This document shows positions 13,453 to 26,425 of a stretch of DNA of 64,000 nucleotides, piece by piece (the stretch's first letter is position 1; each line of letters begins with the position of its first letter). Origin of the DNA: Leucoraja ocellata (taxonomy: Eukaryota). Below the pieces are notes generated by a model. The model was not told where the DNA came from and searched no databases. It saw nothing but the letters and a program-made list of their open reading frames with translations. The position numbers and the translations under genes are program-made. The stretch is taken from assembly GCA_036785375.1 (NCBI GenBank), contig JAWMAR010003005.1:1-64000 (forward strand), given 5' to 3'.

Positions 13453-15667
13453 CAACATTTGATATGAATACAACGTTTGTTTGATTTCCTTGTTTGAGCC
13501 CAGGGTCATTGCCCCAAATACCTAACGTTCTATGAATGTTTGCTGTTTCAAGGCCCAGAGGACAGGAGTAAAGTGGAAAGGTTCAAAGACCAGGGGGATG
13601 TGAAGGGTCCCATAGAAACATAGAAAATAGGTGCAGGAGGAGGCGATTCGGCCCTTCGAGCCAGCACCTCCATTCATTGTGATCATGGTTGATCACCCCC
13701 GATTAATAACCCGTGCCTGCCTTCCCCCCATATCCCTTGATTCCACCAGCCCCTAGAGCCCTATCTAACTCTCTCTTAAATCCATCCAGTAATTTGGCCT
13801 CCTCTATGGTAGGGACTTGCACAAATTCACAACTCACTGGGTGAAAGAGTTTATTCTCACCTCAGTTATGGCCTCCCCATTATGGTCTCCCCATTATTCT
13901 CAGACTGAGGCCCTTGGGTCTGGACTCGCCCAACATTGGGAACATTTTTGCCTGCATCTAGCTTGTCCAGTCCTTTTATAATTTTATATGTTTCTATAAG
14001 ATCTCCCCCTCATCCTTCTAAACACCAGCGTCCTTCCTCAAATTAGGAGACCAAAGCAGTATACAATACTCCAGATGTGGTCTCACCAGAGCCCTATACA
14101 ACTGCAGAAGAGCCTCTCTACTCCTATACTGAAATCCTATTGTTATGAAGGCCAACATTCCATTAGCATTCTTCACGGCCTGCTGTACCTGCCCGCCAAT
14201 TTTCAGTGACTGGTGTACAAGGACACCCAGGTCTCGCTGTACCTCCCCCTTGCCTAACCTAACCCCATTGAGATAATAATCTGCCCCCTTGTTTTTGCCG
14301 CCAAAGTGGATAACCTCACATTTATCTATATTATACTGCATCTGCCACGCATCTGCCCACTCACTCAACCTGTCCAGGTTACCCTGCAACCTCCTAACAT
14401 CCTCTTCACAGTTCACACTGCCACCCAGCTTTGTGTCATCCGCAAACTTGCTAGTGTTGCTCCTAATTCCCTCTTGCAAATCATTAATATATATGGTAAA
14501 CAGTTGCGGCCCCAACACCGAGCCTTGCGGCACTCCACTCGCCACTGACTGCCATTCTGAAAAGGACCCGTTCTTTCCTACTCTTTGCTTCCGGTCTGCC
14601 AACCAATTTTCTATTCATGTCAACACCCTACCCCCCAATACCATGTGCTCTAATTTTAGTCACCAGTCTCCCGTGCGGGACCTTATCAAAGGCTTTCTGA
14701 AAGTATAGGTACACTACCTCCACTGGGACCCCTTCATCCATTTTACTTGTCACATCCTCAAAAAATTCCAGAAGATTAGTCAAACATGATTTTCCTTTCA
14801 TAAATCCATGCTGACTTGGACTAATCCTTTTACTGCTATCTAAATGCCCCATTATTTACTCTTTAATAATAGACTCCAGCATCTTTCCCATCACCGAAGT
14901 CAGGCTAACTGGTCTGTAATTCCCCGTTTTCTCTCTCGCTCCTTTCTTGAAAAGTGGGATAACATTAGCTATCCTCCAATCCACAGGAACTGATCCTGAA
15001 TCTATTGAACATTGGAAAATGATCACCAATGCATCCACTATTTCTAGAACCACCTCCCTGGGATGCAGACCATCAGGCCCAGGGGATTTATCATCCTTTA
15101 GTCCCATTAGCCTACCCAATACTATTTCTCACCTAATGAAAATGTCTTTCATTTCCTCTGCCCCGTTAGATCCTCTGTCTTCCATTACTTCTGGGAGATT
15201 GTATGTGTCTTCCTTAGTGAAGACAGATCCGAAGTACTTGTTCAACTCTTCTGCCATTTCCTTGTTTCCCATAATAATTTCACCCATGTCTGCCTTCAAG
15301 GGACCCACATTTGTCTTTGCTACTCTTTTTCCCTTAACATATCAAATAAGCTTTTACTGTCCTTCTTTATATTCCTGGCCAGCTTCCCCTCGTACTTCAT
15401 CTTTTCAGCATGTATTGTCCGTTTTGTTTCTTTCTGTTGTCCTATGAAAGTTTCCCAATCCTCTAGCTTCTGGCTACTCTTTGCTGTGTTATACATATTT
15501 TATTTTAGTTTTATTCTATCCCTAACTTCTCTTGTCAGCCACGGTTGCCTCCTACTCCCCTTAGAATCTTTCTTCCTTTTTGGAATGAAATGATCCTGCA
15601 TCTTCCGGATTATGCCCAGAAATTCCTGCCATTGCTGTTCCACCGTCATTCCTGCTAGGATCCCTAT

Positions 15668-15800
15668 CCAGTCTGAAGAAGGGTTTCCACCCGAAACGTC
15701 GCCTATTTCCTTCGCTCCATAGATGCTGCTGCACCCGCTGAGTTTCTCCAGCATTTTTGTGTACCTTCGGTCTTCCAGCATCTGCAGTTCCTTCTTGAAC
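15668..15800 (+). mobile_element. Penelope-like terminal-repeat fragment with intact minimal hammerhead motif
   Basis: CTGAAGA A GGGT-TTCC-ACCC GAAACGTC at 15673-15700; flanked by duplicated CCCT(A/T)TCCAGTCT. Confidence 0.75.
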
Positions 15801-15815
15801 CCTTTCCAGTCTACC

Positions 15816-16721
15816 TAATTCAATAATTAAGTTTGCTGATGACACTGTGGTGGTGGGCCTGATCTCAGACAACGATGAGAAGGCCTACCGGGAGGAGGTG
15901 GCTGATCTAGCACTCTGGTGCCAGGATAACAGCCTCCTCTTGAACATCAAAAAAACAAAGGAGCTGATCATGGACTTTAGGAGGGCACATCATCCGAGGA
16001 CGTACACTCCATTGAGGATAAATGGGGATCCTGTGGATAGGGTGAACTGTTTTAAGTATCTGGGAGTCCACATCACTGAGGATATGACATGGGCATCACA
16101 CGCCTCAGCACTCGTGAGTAAGGCAAGGCAGCGCCTTTACCACCTCAGGCAATTGAGGAAATTCAGAGTGTCTCCGAGGATCCTCCAGTGCTTCTACGCA
16201 GCGGCGGTGGAAAGCATCTTGTCCGGGAACATTACCATCTGGTTTGGGAATTGCTCTGCCAAGGACAAGAAGGCTCTGCAGAGAGTAGTGCGTTCGGCCG
16301 AACGCACTATGGGAACTTCACTCACCCCCCTGCAGGAACTATACAACAGGAGGTGCAACTCCAGAGCAAATAAAATCATGGGAGACCCCTTCCACCCCTG
16401 CAACGGACTGTTCCAGCTGCTACGGTCAGGCAAACGCCTCCGTTGCCATGCGGTGAGAACGGAGAGGTTGAGAAGGAGTTTCTTCCCAGAGGCAATTCGG
16501 ACTGTAAATGCCTATCTCACCAGGGACTAACTCTACTAAACGTTTTTCCTTCCATTATTTATAATGTAAAAGAATATGTGTGTTATGATTGTGTTTATAA
16601 TTTGTTTGGTTGTTTTGTTGTTTGTCTTTTGCACAAAAGTCCGCGAGCATTGCCACTTTCATTTCACTGCACATCTCGTATGTGTATGTGACAAATAAAC
16701 TTGACTTGACTTGACTTGACT
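15816..16721 (+). mobile_element. Rex1/Babar-like LINE 3' fragment with (ACTTG)n tail
   Basis: KFADDT, KTKELIMDFRR, KYLGVHI, KARQRLY, SFFPEAIR in an open 227-aa frame; pentamer tail ~16699-16721. Confidence 0.8.
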
Positions 16722-17740
16722 TGGCCAGCTCCTCTCTGATGCCTTCATAGTCCCCTTTGTTCAACTACATCACTGACACTTCCGATTTAACCTTCACCTT
16801 CTCAAATTGCAGATTAAAACGAATCATATTATGATCACTACCTCCAAGCGGTTCCTTTACCTCTCGTTCTCTTATCAAATCTGGTTCATTAGACAACACT
16901 AAATCCAGAATTGCCTTTTCTCTGGTCGGCTTGATTAGAAGCTGCTCTAAGAATACAGTCGGAGGCATTCTACAAACTCTCTTTCTTGGGGTCCTGAACC
17001 AAGCTGATTTTCCCAGTCCACCTGCATATTGAAATCCCCCATCACCACAGTGGCATTACCTTTGTTACATGCCAGTTTTAACTCCTGCTGCAACTTACAC
17101 CCTACATCCGGGCCACTATTTGGGGGTCTGTAGATAACACCAATTAGGGTCTTCTTGCCTTTGTAATTCCTCAACTCAATCCACAGTGACTCTACCTCTT
17201 CAGTCCCTATGTCTTCCCTCACAAGGGACTGAATTCCCTCCCTCACCAGCAGAGCTACCCCCCCCCTCCTCTGCCCACCTGCCTGACCTTTCTATAGGCT
17301 GTATAACCCTGAATATTAAGTTCCCAGGCCTGATCCTCCTGCAGCCACGTCTCAGTAATCCCCACCATGTCATATCTACCAACCTCTAACTGAGCTTCAA
17401 GCTCATCTACTTTACTTCTTGTACTTCGCACATTCATGTACAATACTTTTAATTCCTTACACATCTCACCTTTCACATCGATCCCTATTACTCTCCTATC
17501 CCTTTGTGAGCTTTCTTTCCCTTTAATTCTGGGGTCATTAACTATCCCTTTACTCCCTTTCCCTTTAACTCTGGCCCTGACTATCCCATTTGACACCCCC
17601 GCCCCTTATTGTCCCAGACTGCATCATCTGTTGGCCGTGGTGTGGTGAGGATTGAAGAGTCAGAGAACACAGTGTAGTGAGGAATGGACGGTCACAGTGT
17701 GGGGGGGTCACAAAGTATCTTTGTCGTTGGTCATCGTTAC

Positions 17741-17880
17741 CTTGACAACAGTGACGAAGGTACTGTAGAGGAAACTGATAACGAACAAGATGGCGAAGGC
17801 AGCAACTGTGAGCATATTGTCATCTCCATCCAAGTCCCCTGGCTCCACCTTCCCTTCCTCACCTGTCAATTCTGTGCCGG
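17741..17880 (-). CDS. IgW: IgW transmembrane exon TM1 (acidic spacer + TM helix)
   Basis: TTCTCATTTGTCCTGAAG acceptor (phase 1); (A)GTELTGEEGKVEPGDLDGDDNMLTVAAFAILFVISFLYSTFVTVVK with the antigen-receptor F..LF..S..YST.VT motif; AAG|GTAACG donor. Confidence 0.93.
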
Positions 17881-18900
17881 CTTCAGGACAAATGAGAAGG
17901 TGAGACAGTTAGTTTGACGCTGATGTTTTGTGAAGATCAACAACGTGTGAATAAAATGAAGACAACAGGAGGACAGGAAGACAGGAGGCTTGGGTTAGTT
18001 CCACCGTTCAATGATATGTGGAGATCTATCACCAGCTCCACTGAGCTGACTTTCCCCCACATCCATTATCATCTCGTATAGTCAAACTCTGCAATCTCAG
18101 ATATAAAATCACCTTCACACCTGGAACCAAATGCTAACTGTGGAAGGCAATTCCAAACTTCCATGAACCTCTGATAGACACAAAAAGCTGGGGTAACTCA
18201 GTTGCACAGGCAGTATCTCTGGAGAGAAGGAATGGGTGAGGTTTCACGTCGAGACCCTTCTTCAGACATCATGACCCACTTCATGTAGCATGGCTACCTC
18301 TAACTTTTAGACCCTGTACTTTGTATAAAGTTGGATTTCCATAAATCAGGGAGATCATTTGTAACCCAGGGAGCACTGTATACAACTAAAAAATAATTCC
18401 TCCTCATCTAGTTAGTTTAGTTTATTGTCACGTGTACCAAGGTACAGTGAAATGCTTTTGTTGCATGCTAACCAGTCAGCGGAAAGGCAAAACATGATTA
18501 CAAATGAGTCATTCACAGTGTATACATACATGATAAGGAATTAATGTTTAGTGCAAGGTAAAACCAGTAAAGTCCAATCAAAGATAGTCCGAGGGTCTCC
18601 AGTGAGGGAGATAATAGTTCAGGACCACTCTCTGGATGTGGTGGGATGATTCAGTTGCCTGATAACAGCAGGGAAGAAACTGTCCCTGAATGTGGAGGTG
18701 TGTAAATAGATCTTCACAGGATAATCTATTCTGTTAGCTCCCATTAACTTTGTGAAAACATCAAACAAAACTTCCTTTAGCCTTCTAAATGACAACTTGT
18801 TCAGCATCATGAAAGTAAGCATGCAGGTAGGTACAGCAGGCAGTTAAGAAAGTGAATGGCATGTTGGCATTCATAACAAGAGGAGTTGAGTATAGGAGCA

Positions 18901-19370
18901 AACATCCAGAAACAAAAAATACTACAAAAAGTTGTGACCATTGCCCAGTTCATCGCTGGCTTTGACCTCCCCACCGTCGAAGAGATCTATCATAGTCACT
19001 GCCTCAAAAAGGCAGCCAGAATCATCAAGGACCCACACCATCCTGGCCACACACTCATCTCACCATTGCCATCAGGAAGAAGTTACAGGAGCCTGAAAAC
19101 TGTAACGTCCAGGTACTGGAACAGCTTCTTCCCTACAGCCATCAAGCTATTAAACACAATGAATAAGCTCTGAGCTCCGAACTGCAAAAGACTATATTAT
19201 TGTTTGTTATTTGCACTATTTGTTATTTATTAAACTTTTTCTTTTTTTCTCGTTCCCCGTTATGCACTATGTTTATATATTCACATATTCTGTTGTGCTG
19301 CAGCAAGTAAGAATTTCCTTGTCCCGTCTGGGACATATGACAATAAAACACTCTTGACTCTTCTTGACTC
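18901..19370 (+). mobile_element. Rex1/Babar-like LINE 3' fragment flanking the CH repeat array
   Basis: IIKDPHHPGH...LPSGR...SFFPTAIK; 3' tail shared with the LINE pieces between CH repeat units. Confidence 0.75.
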
Positions 19371-19472
19371 ACTTACACACTGCAACACTTGTCCTTCAGT
19401 GCTAAACTTGCCTGGTCCTATTTTGTGACGGGGTAAAAGATGTGATGATTAGAGTGAATCCCAGCACCGTAC

Positions 19473-19790
19473 CTTGAAAGCTTTTCACTTCCCGGCTGAT
19501 ACTGGTGTTCGAGGGGGGATGAGACACTGTGCAGCCGAAGACTGAGCCTTTCTTCCAATCCTCTGAACTCACAGTCAGGAAGTGGCTGGCACTGAAAGTC
19601 CCCCCTTGCTCCAGAGCAGTCGGTGTAGCGCTGGTAGTGGAGGAGACTGGGGCTCCGTCTTTCTCCCAAGTGACGTTTATGAGGTCCGGGTAGAAACCAG
19701 AAAGCACAAACTCGAGGATGGCTGTGTGGCTTCGCTTGGTCTCTTGGTGAGCTGGAGGCAGCAGTCTGACCTTGGGTCTTTTTGTTTCAA
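19473..19790 (-). CDS. IgW: IgW duplicated CH4-like exon, copy C (12th C exon); B-strand Cys replaced by Phe
   Basis: 318 nt, CTGTTCCAG acceptor, CAAG|GTACGG donor, open frame VETKRPKV...ILEFVLSGFYP...VTW...W...FGCTVSH. Confidence 0.88.
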
Positions 19791-19832
19791 CTGGAACAGA
19801 GGAGCAAAGTAGATGTGAGACCCTCTTCCTCA

Positions 19833-20160
19833 AGGGCCTGTCCCACTTACGTGACTTTTTCAGTGACTGCTGGCACCCGTCACAGGTCGCCGATGTTGAA
19901 AATGTTGAAAATCCAGCAACCACCAGAACAAGGTACGACTCTTTGGGCAACTACTCATGACCATACAGGTTTCATCCCGCGACATATCGCCAGGGTGTCA
20001 CTTGTATGGTCGTGAGTAGTCTGTTCAGTCACCAAAAGAGTCGTAGCATCTTTCTGGTCACCACTGAATTTTCAACATGTTGAAACTTTTTGGCGACCTA
20101 CAATCACCTACGACTGGTGCCGGCCGTCACCGAAAAAGTTGCGTAAGTGGGAAAGGCCCT
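19833..20160. mobile_element. PIF/Harbinger-like MITE in the CH3'-CH4' intron (also 27054-27398 and 29115-29463)
   Basis: TIR AGGGCCTGTCCCACTTACG / CGTAAGTGGGAAAGGCCCT and 3-bp TSD TCA. Confidence 0.75.
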
Positions 20161-20206
20161 TCATGGTAACTAATGTTGGCCGTATCATTGCCGATCTCTC
20201 GCCCAC

Positions 20207-20509
20207 CTTTGGCACTTTCTGTCCGTGCTGACACTGGTGAGGATGATGGAGATCGTTGGGCAGAGCACACAACCTCCACCCCGCTGGTCCACTCCTCCAC
20301 ATTGCTCCGGAGTTTACTGCTCACTCTGTCTTGTGTACTTTCCCCTCTCGGTTGGCGGGTCACAGCCCCTGTAGTTCTCTCCCTTCCGCTCACTTGCCAG
20401 TAGACTTGGACCTGGCTCAGATCAGCGCCCATTACCACGCACACCACAGTAGCGGTCTTGTTGATCCAAATCTCTTCAGTAGAGGGGTTTTGGATAAAGA
20501 CAGACAATT
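20207..20509 (-). CDS. IgW: IgW duplicated CH3-like exon, copy C (11th C exon)
   Basis: 303 nt, CATCTGCAG acceptor, AAAG|GTGGGC donor; ELSVFIQNP...EIWINKTATVVC...YW...EEWTSGVEVVC. Confidence 0.92.
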
Positions 20510-20631
20510 CTGCAGATGAGAAATAGGAAGCTTACAAACCGGACAAGGTCTGGTGTTGTCGTCACCGATCAACTGGACTCTGACAACTTGCATTCATTTT
20601 CCAGACTCACTTTATTTACGTGTGCATAAGG

Positions 20632-21211
20632 AACAACCTCTCTCTCAATGTCTGCTAAACTAAAGAGCTGATCATGGACTACAGGAGACAGCAGGGGAGT
20701 GGACACCTCCCCATCCATATCGGTGATGTTGACATTGAAAGGGTCAGCAGCTTCAAGTTCCTCAGTGTGTACATCAGTGAGGACCTCTCCTGGACACTGC
20801 ACACGGACACAATAACTAAGAAAGCCCGCCAGCGGCTCTTTCTCCTGAGAATACTGAGGTAGTTTGGCATGAACGCCAGCATCCTCACAAACGTCTACAG
20901 ATGCACCATCGAGAGCCTGCTGACGGGTTGCATCACAGTCTGGTACGGGAACTGTTCTGCCCACAGCCGCAAATCACTACAGAGAGTGGAGAAGGCGGCA
21001 GAGCACATCACTGGCAACTGTCTCCTGGCCATTCAGGACATTTTCCACTGTCGGTGCCTGTGGAAGGCACACACCATCATCAAGGACCACGGCCACCCAG
21101 CACACAGACTGTTCTCCTTGTTACCGTCAGGCAGACGATACAGGGGCATGGCTGCAAGTACCACCAGACTTAAGAACTATTTTGACCATCAGGCTATCAG
21201 GCTAAATACTA
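20632..21211 (+). mobile_element. Rex1/Babar-like LINE fragment in the B-C spacer (tail resumes 26423-26590 after the DIRS insert)
   Basis: KELIMDYRR, KARQRLF, YRCTIESLL motifs; near-identical to 27870-28625. Confidence 0.8.
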
Positions 21212-24200
21212 TATTTTACTTCGGAGTCAAGTGCGTGACTACGTGAGGAACCCGCTCAGCACGCATGCGCGGCATTACGTTCACGCAGGCAACAGCGGCA
21301 AGCGGGAGTCAGGCGCTCCCGCTACAAGCCTGAAGGAAGGAACCGTTAGGTAAGTACTTACCTTCAGTTTTAACTAGCGACTCGCGTCTGTTTGTTGCTC
21401 CAGGTGGAGCAAAGCAGCAGATGCAAGCGGCCCCCGTTGGACTCTGGGGAAGGAGCGTTCCGTTCGCGGAGGGGGGAGAGACGGCACCAGGACCACACAC
21501 GCTGCGGTCCACAGATAGGGAGCTGCGTCGGTGCCAGTCCAGACGTAAGCCCCCCCCCCCCACCCCCCCGTGGCCTCTGGGGAAGGAGCATTCCGTTCGC
21601 GGAGGGGGGAGAGACGGCACCAGGACCACACACGCTGCGGTCCACAGACAGAGCTGCGCTGGTTTCCAGTCCAGAGGCACAGCGGGAGTCAGGCGCCCCC
21701 GCTACAGTTAAAAAACGGACCATCAGGTAAGTCTACTCTGAGGTCGGTTTTCCTGGCATGGAGCGGCTCATGGAGCGTAAGCTCCAGCGAGACGTGCTTC
21801 GTGAGGAGCAGTTTCGCAGAGGGAATTCAGGCACTCCCTCCACACTGGCCATTGCTTCCTCCTCATCCGAGGACAGCTTTGGCGACCAGAGCTGGGCTGG
21901 TCAAGAAGATGGGCACTGGCTGAACAATATCGGGAGTATGCTTGGGGTACAGGATCAGGAAGAGCTGCTGGGTGTGGCCGCTACGTGGTTTCACCACGAG
22001 CAAGGTGGCCTTTCAGTCTTAACTGATGGCCAGCCTACTACCTGTTTTTTCCAAAAAACCTCTCCAAGACTGGTAGCCATGAGGCATTGGTTTCATCACG
22101 CCTCCCCTAAATTGCATTTACTCGAAGTGCCCGCCATTATTGGGGGATACATTGAGCAGCGCATTTTAACCCAAATATCTTAAAATTGCATTTGATACCC
22201 TGACGTCGGCTATCATGTCCACCTGCTCATTCCAGAAGGGCAGGGTAGTATGGCAAAACACCTGACCCTACTGTTCAACAGTATACCCCGTAACTTCTCA
22301 AGGGAAGTCACAAACCTGCCCTCAATGTATGAAATTCACAGGACTGTGAGAACGCCGACCTCACAACCACAGATCCTGCTACCTGGCACTTACCAAACCA
22401 GTCCTAAAAACTGGACAAAGTGTTCAAACTATTCGGCACAAGAGGGCAGAGTCTGGAATGAGCACCACACTAAACCAGACAGCAGTACCTCTACGCGTCC
22501 ACCAGGGGCGTCTACCTCATGGTACTGGTGAAAGCTCGGGGCCTGCATGCCAATCCCGTAAGCCTTTTAGGCCAGGGCCCACAGCAGGCCCCATGGAAAA
22601 TGCTCCACCCCCCAACAAACATCGTCCCTACAAGAACAAGGAACCAGAAACTGAAGAAAACAACAATGAAGGCAGATAGGTTTGGTTCCTACTATGACAT
22701 AAAGGTGAAGGGTTTGTACTAACAAGGGGTGGGTGAATCACGCCTGGTTAGGAAGCTATCACTCTTGGTAGTTATATACCAAAATATATATTCAAGGGGA
22801 ATAGAATTAATATCTTGCCACCAAATCAGCAAGCACCCCAAGGAGTCTACCCTCCCACGATGGTGAATGTCGCACCATCATTGATTAACCACTTGAGTTA
22901 GGTATGTTACAAAACCTACCTGAATCGTCATTGGGAATCTGCCCACAGCCAGGTCCGCGATTTTGGCGCTGTTTGGAGGGGGCGGGTTTAAAACGCGATT
23001 TTTACTAGGCTGTACTAATCGCAGATGTTCAGCCTAGTAAATCATTAACCAAAAATCGCTGCAAGACCCGGTCGCAAAAGGTATTATTAGTTTTATAGGC
23101 CTCGATAATATAGTTCTAATAGTTTTTAAATTACTCTCTGATTCCGCAACCTCTCGCAGCCCCAGGGTTTTATAAAGCAAACAATTAAAGGTATGTACCT
23201 TATTTTTACATTAAATGGGGCATATATATAACCCTGTATATCAAGTTATCTATAGCGAGTAGTTCATTTTGGGCTTTTTATATCCCGCAGTATTTTTCTC
23301 GGCATTTGAGGGCACTAATCCAGCGCGATGTCAACATTCTAAACCAGTGCGTTCACAGAAACCCACTAGAAAGCCGATTTAAATGGGCATTTATTTACAG
23401 CAATTGAACACTAAATTCCTTCCATTTGGCCTATAAATTAATGTAAAAGATATAAAAATCATGTTATATTGTGAATTATTTGTGAATAATCTTTGGACAC
23501 TTAGGCTATTTAAAAATGTTAATCTTTCCTTAAGAAATGGGCTTTTGACAATCCAAGATCACAGCTTTTTTGTAATGTCCATTGAAAATCAATAGGGAAC
23601 AAGATGCTAATTTCCGAGTATGAAAATGGCCATAACTTTTTTAATACTTGAGATATGAAAGTGAATTTGGTGTCAAATTAAACTTATTGTTATGCTTTAT
23701 CTGATGGGATAAATTGCAGACTTGATTTTTAAAATCTCAAAATTTTGTAACATTGCTACTTCAGTATTTCACCAGGTATACCCACATGGGATTTGTAACT
23801 CCTACCATGGATCCAAGGACACTTTATGGTAGACATCGACTTTGAAGATGCATACTATTCAGTACCTTTTCATATAAGTTTTTTGGATATACCACAATTA
23901 CCTGGATGGGGTAACCATGCGAGCATTGCCATTTTCATTCGCTGCACATCTCGCGTGTGTATGTGACAAATAAACTTGATTTGAGTATTGAATTGGCATA
24001 TAAGCCGAAGCTATTCCAGAATCAACCAGCCCTGACACTTAAGGAACATTCCGTCATGGCATGTCTATATATTAATGACAGACTATCCTTGGATAAAGCT
24101 TTATTAGCTGCATTAGCTACTAACTTATTTAGCTGGCTCTGTCATATATCCAGATATTACGTTGACCATCCACAACATTGTCTATCTGGTATTCATTAAT

Positions 24201-26425
24201 GCTATCAGTTATGGTAACATTTAACCACCATTCAACTACGTGGCAAAGTAATTGGGATAGTAGCAGCATTACCAGCTACTGAACATTGTCCCTTTCCTAT
24301 GAGCTGAGATACTTGTGTTCAAACTATATTCCATACCTATAATATGGTGGCAAATGGACTAATCTGGAGTGTCATCATGGAATTCATCTGCATAGGAAGG
24401 ATTATGGTTGTACACTTCCACCTGGTTTCAGTAACATCTTATGTGTTCTGATGTGTTACTGAGCTTGTAATACTTAGTGCCAATACGAGTTGACTTAAAC
24501 GTGTTATATATCAAATTTTACTTACTTCTAGTGAAACATTGCTCAGTAATGCACCATTCTGCATGTTCGTTTATAAATTAACAAGTGGTGGCATATACCA
24601 AACCACTTGGGCGGAGAACATCGATATTAGGTGACAATTTATTAACAATTGGTAACGGTATGTCGTCAAACATGTTTGACCATCAGTAACTTACCTATTC
24701 AGGTGAGCTAAATACTGTAAACAAACATTTAAACCAAAAATATTTGCTGAAAGTAATAAGCAATATGGACACCAGATATCGATTTCCTTATATTCAATTA
24801 AATCGCCACGTACTAACGTACGTCGCATGAAACCAATCTCAAGCCAGCGGCGATGGATTCATCCCCGCGTATTGGGGGGGAATCTAATCTCTATGTTCTC
24901 CCTTCCTTCTACCTCTTCAATAGGTACTACGGCTTCATCAGTCGGGTACTACGCAAATTACAGTGGACTAAGTCCACAGGCATGGTTCCCAGCGATCCTC
25001 GACATGGTCATTAAAAGAATTGCAGAATTGGGAAGACCACTGCTTTGTTTGGATCAGACAGCACTATCAACATGATGACAGCACTCCGTCGCATATCCAC
25101 TAGGGAACATACCTGACGAACATCAAGAAATGGGAAACTGTTCAAAAACAGAAACTACACATTCAACTACAACAAAAACCTGTACTGGAGTTCCTGGCAG
25201 GTCTCCACCACAATGAAGGAAATGTTCTGTCAGCCTGCTCAAGTTGGGCACCACGACAACAGGGCAAAGGGTACCGCTCACTGGTGATCAGATACAGGAG
25301 AGGTATATACATACATTCCCCTGAAATAGGTACACCCAAATTGGGATGTCAGTGAAGTCCTGACATACCTTAGGGGATGATCACCAGCCAGGTCCCTCAC
25401 CCTGGAACAGCCTACCCTGAAGATGGACATGCTGGAGGCCTTACATCAACACAAAGAGCCAGTTCTTCCATCTACTGCGATTGGACAACATGGTTATAAC
25501 ACCAGATAGTGTTACGTTTCCCATTCAAGGGCTGGCCAAACAGAACAGACTAGGAACATCAGGTCCAGACATGGAATTCCGGGCATACCCACCTGAACCA
25601 CGTTTTATGTGTCATGACCCACTTAGAGATCTACATCGACACAATAAGCAATACCGAGGGAGAGGAAAAAGCCTTATGGGTCAGCCACAATAAACCTCAT
25701 GGTCAGGTGATGAGCTAAACTATCTCTAGTGGCTCAAGCAGGTACTGGGAGTTGCTGGAGTAAATACTAACGTGTATAAATCTTATTCTACCAGGACAGC
25801 TTCCACGTCAGTGACTAAGAGGATGGACGAGCCTATGGACCACATCCTGGCTACAGCGGGGTGGTCTAGGGAGTATACGTTCCAAACTTTTAATACAAAC
25901 CACTGACAGAACCTGTGTCGGTTGCAGAAAAGAATCTGCAAAACATATGTAATTTAAGCCAGGGGAGCATTTGGTCTTGTTATTGTTAATAACACCATTA
26001 TTATTTTTACAAACAGATTCATCATTGATTACGATAACATACTTCCTCCCTCGAATGACTTCGGCAGCGAGTGAAGTATGAAATGTTACATGGTTTGATA
26101 TCACAGAGCTTTAAAATCTTCACGCAGTCACTCACGTGACTCCGAAGTAAAATAGTAAGATTAAACGAGAACTTACGATGAGTTACGATGAGGGATTACG
26201 TGCCCTCCGCTCTCACCCTCAAATAATATGGGTCAAACTGATAACTGAGGTCTTTTCTTTACTATGTTCATTTCTATAACTGGGTCTTTCTGTGATTCCA
26301 CACCGCTGCTTTGAAGTATGCCGCGCATGCGTGCTGAGCGGGTTCTTCACGTAATCCCTCATCGTAACTCCTCATAAAATACAGATCAAACTTCAAACTG
26401 GTAAGTTCTCGTTTAATCTTACTAT
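21212..26425 (+). mobile_element. DIRS1-like tyrosine-recombinase retrotransposon, both termini present, coding regions degenerate
   Basis: Inverted terminal repeats (21240-21275 vs 26318-26353); internal complementary region ~26119-26202 matching both ends; RT remnant DIDFEDAYYSVP (~23830); YR remnants SYSTRTAST and ILATAGWS (~25780-25870). Confidence 0.88.
22899..23758. mobile_element. Non-autonomous DNA transposon (hAT-like) nested in DIRS
   Basis: TIR TAGGTATGTTACAAAA / TTTTGTAACATTGCTA; imperfect 8-bp TSD ACTTGAGT / ACTTCAGT. Confidence 0.65.

Larger units (their letters stand above)
13611..17600 (-). mobile_element. CR1-like LINE ORF2, degenerate, in the TM1-TM2 intron, interrupted by two younger inserts
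   Basis: ITETW, YRPP, GDFN, SDH, GVPQGSVLGP, FADD motifs in ORFs 14018-17596; TTCTATG-type tail at ~13611. Confidence 0.88.
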
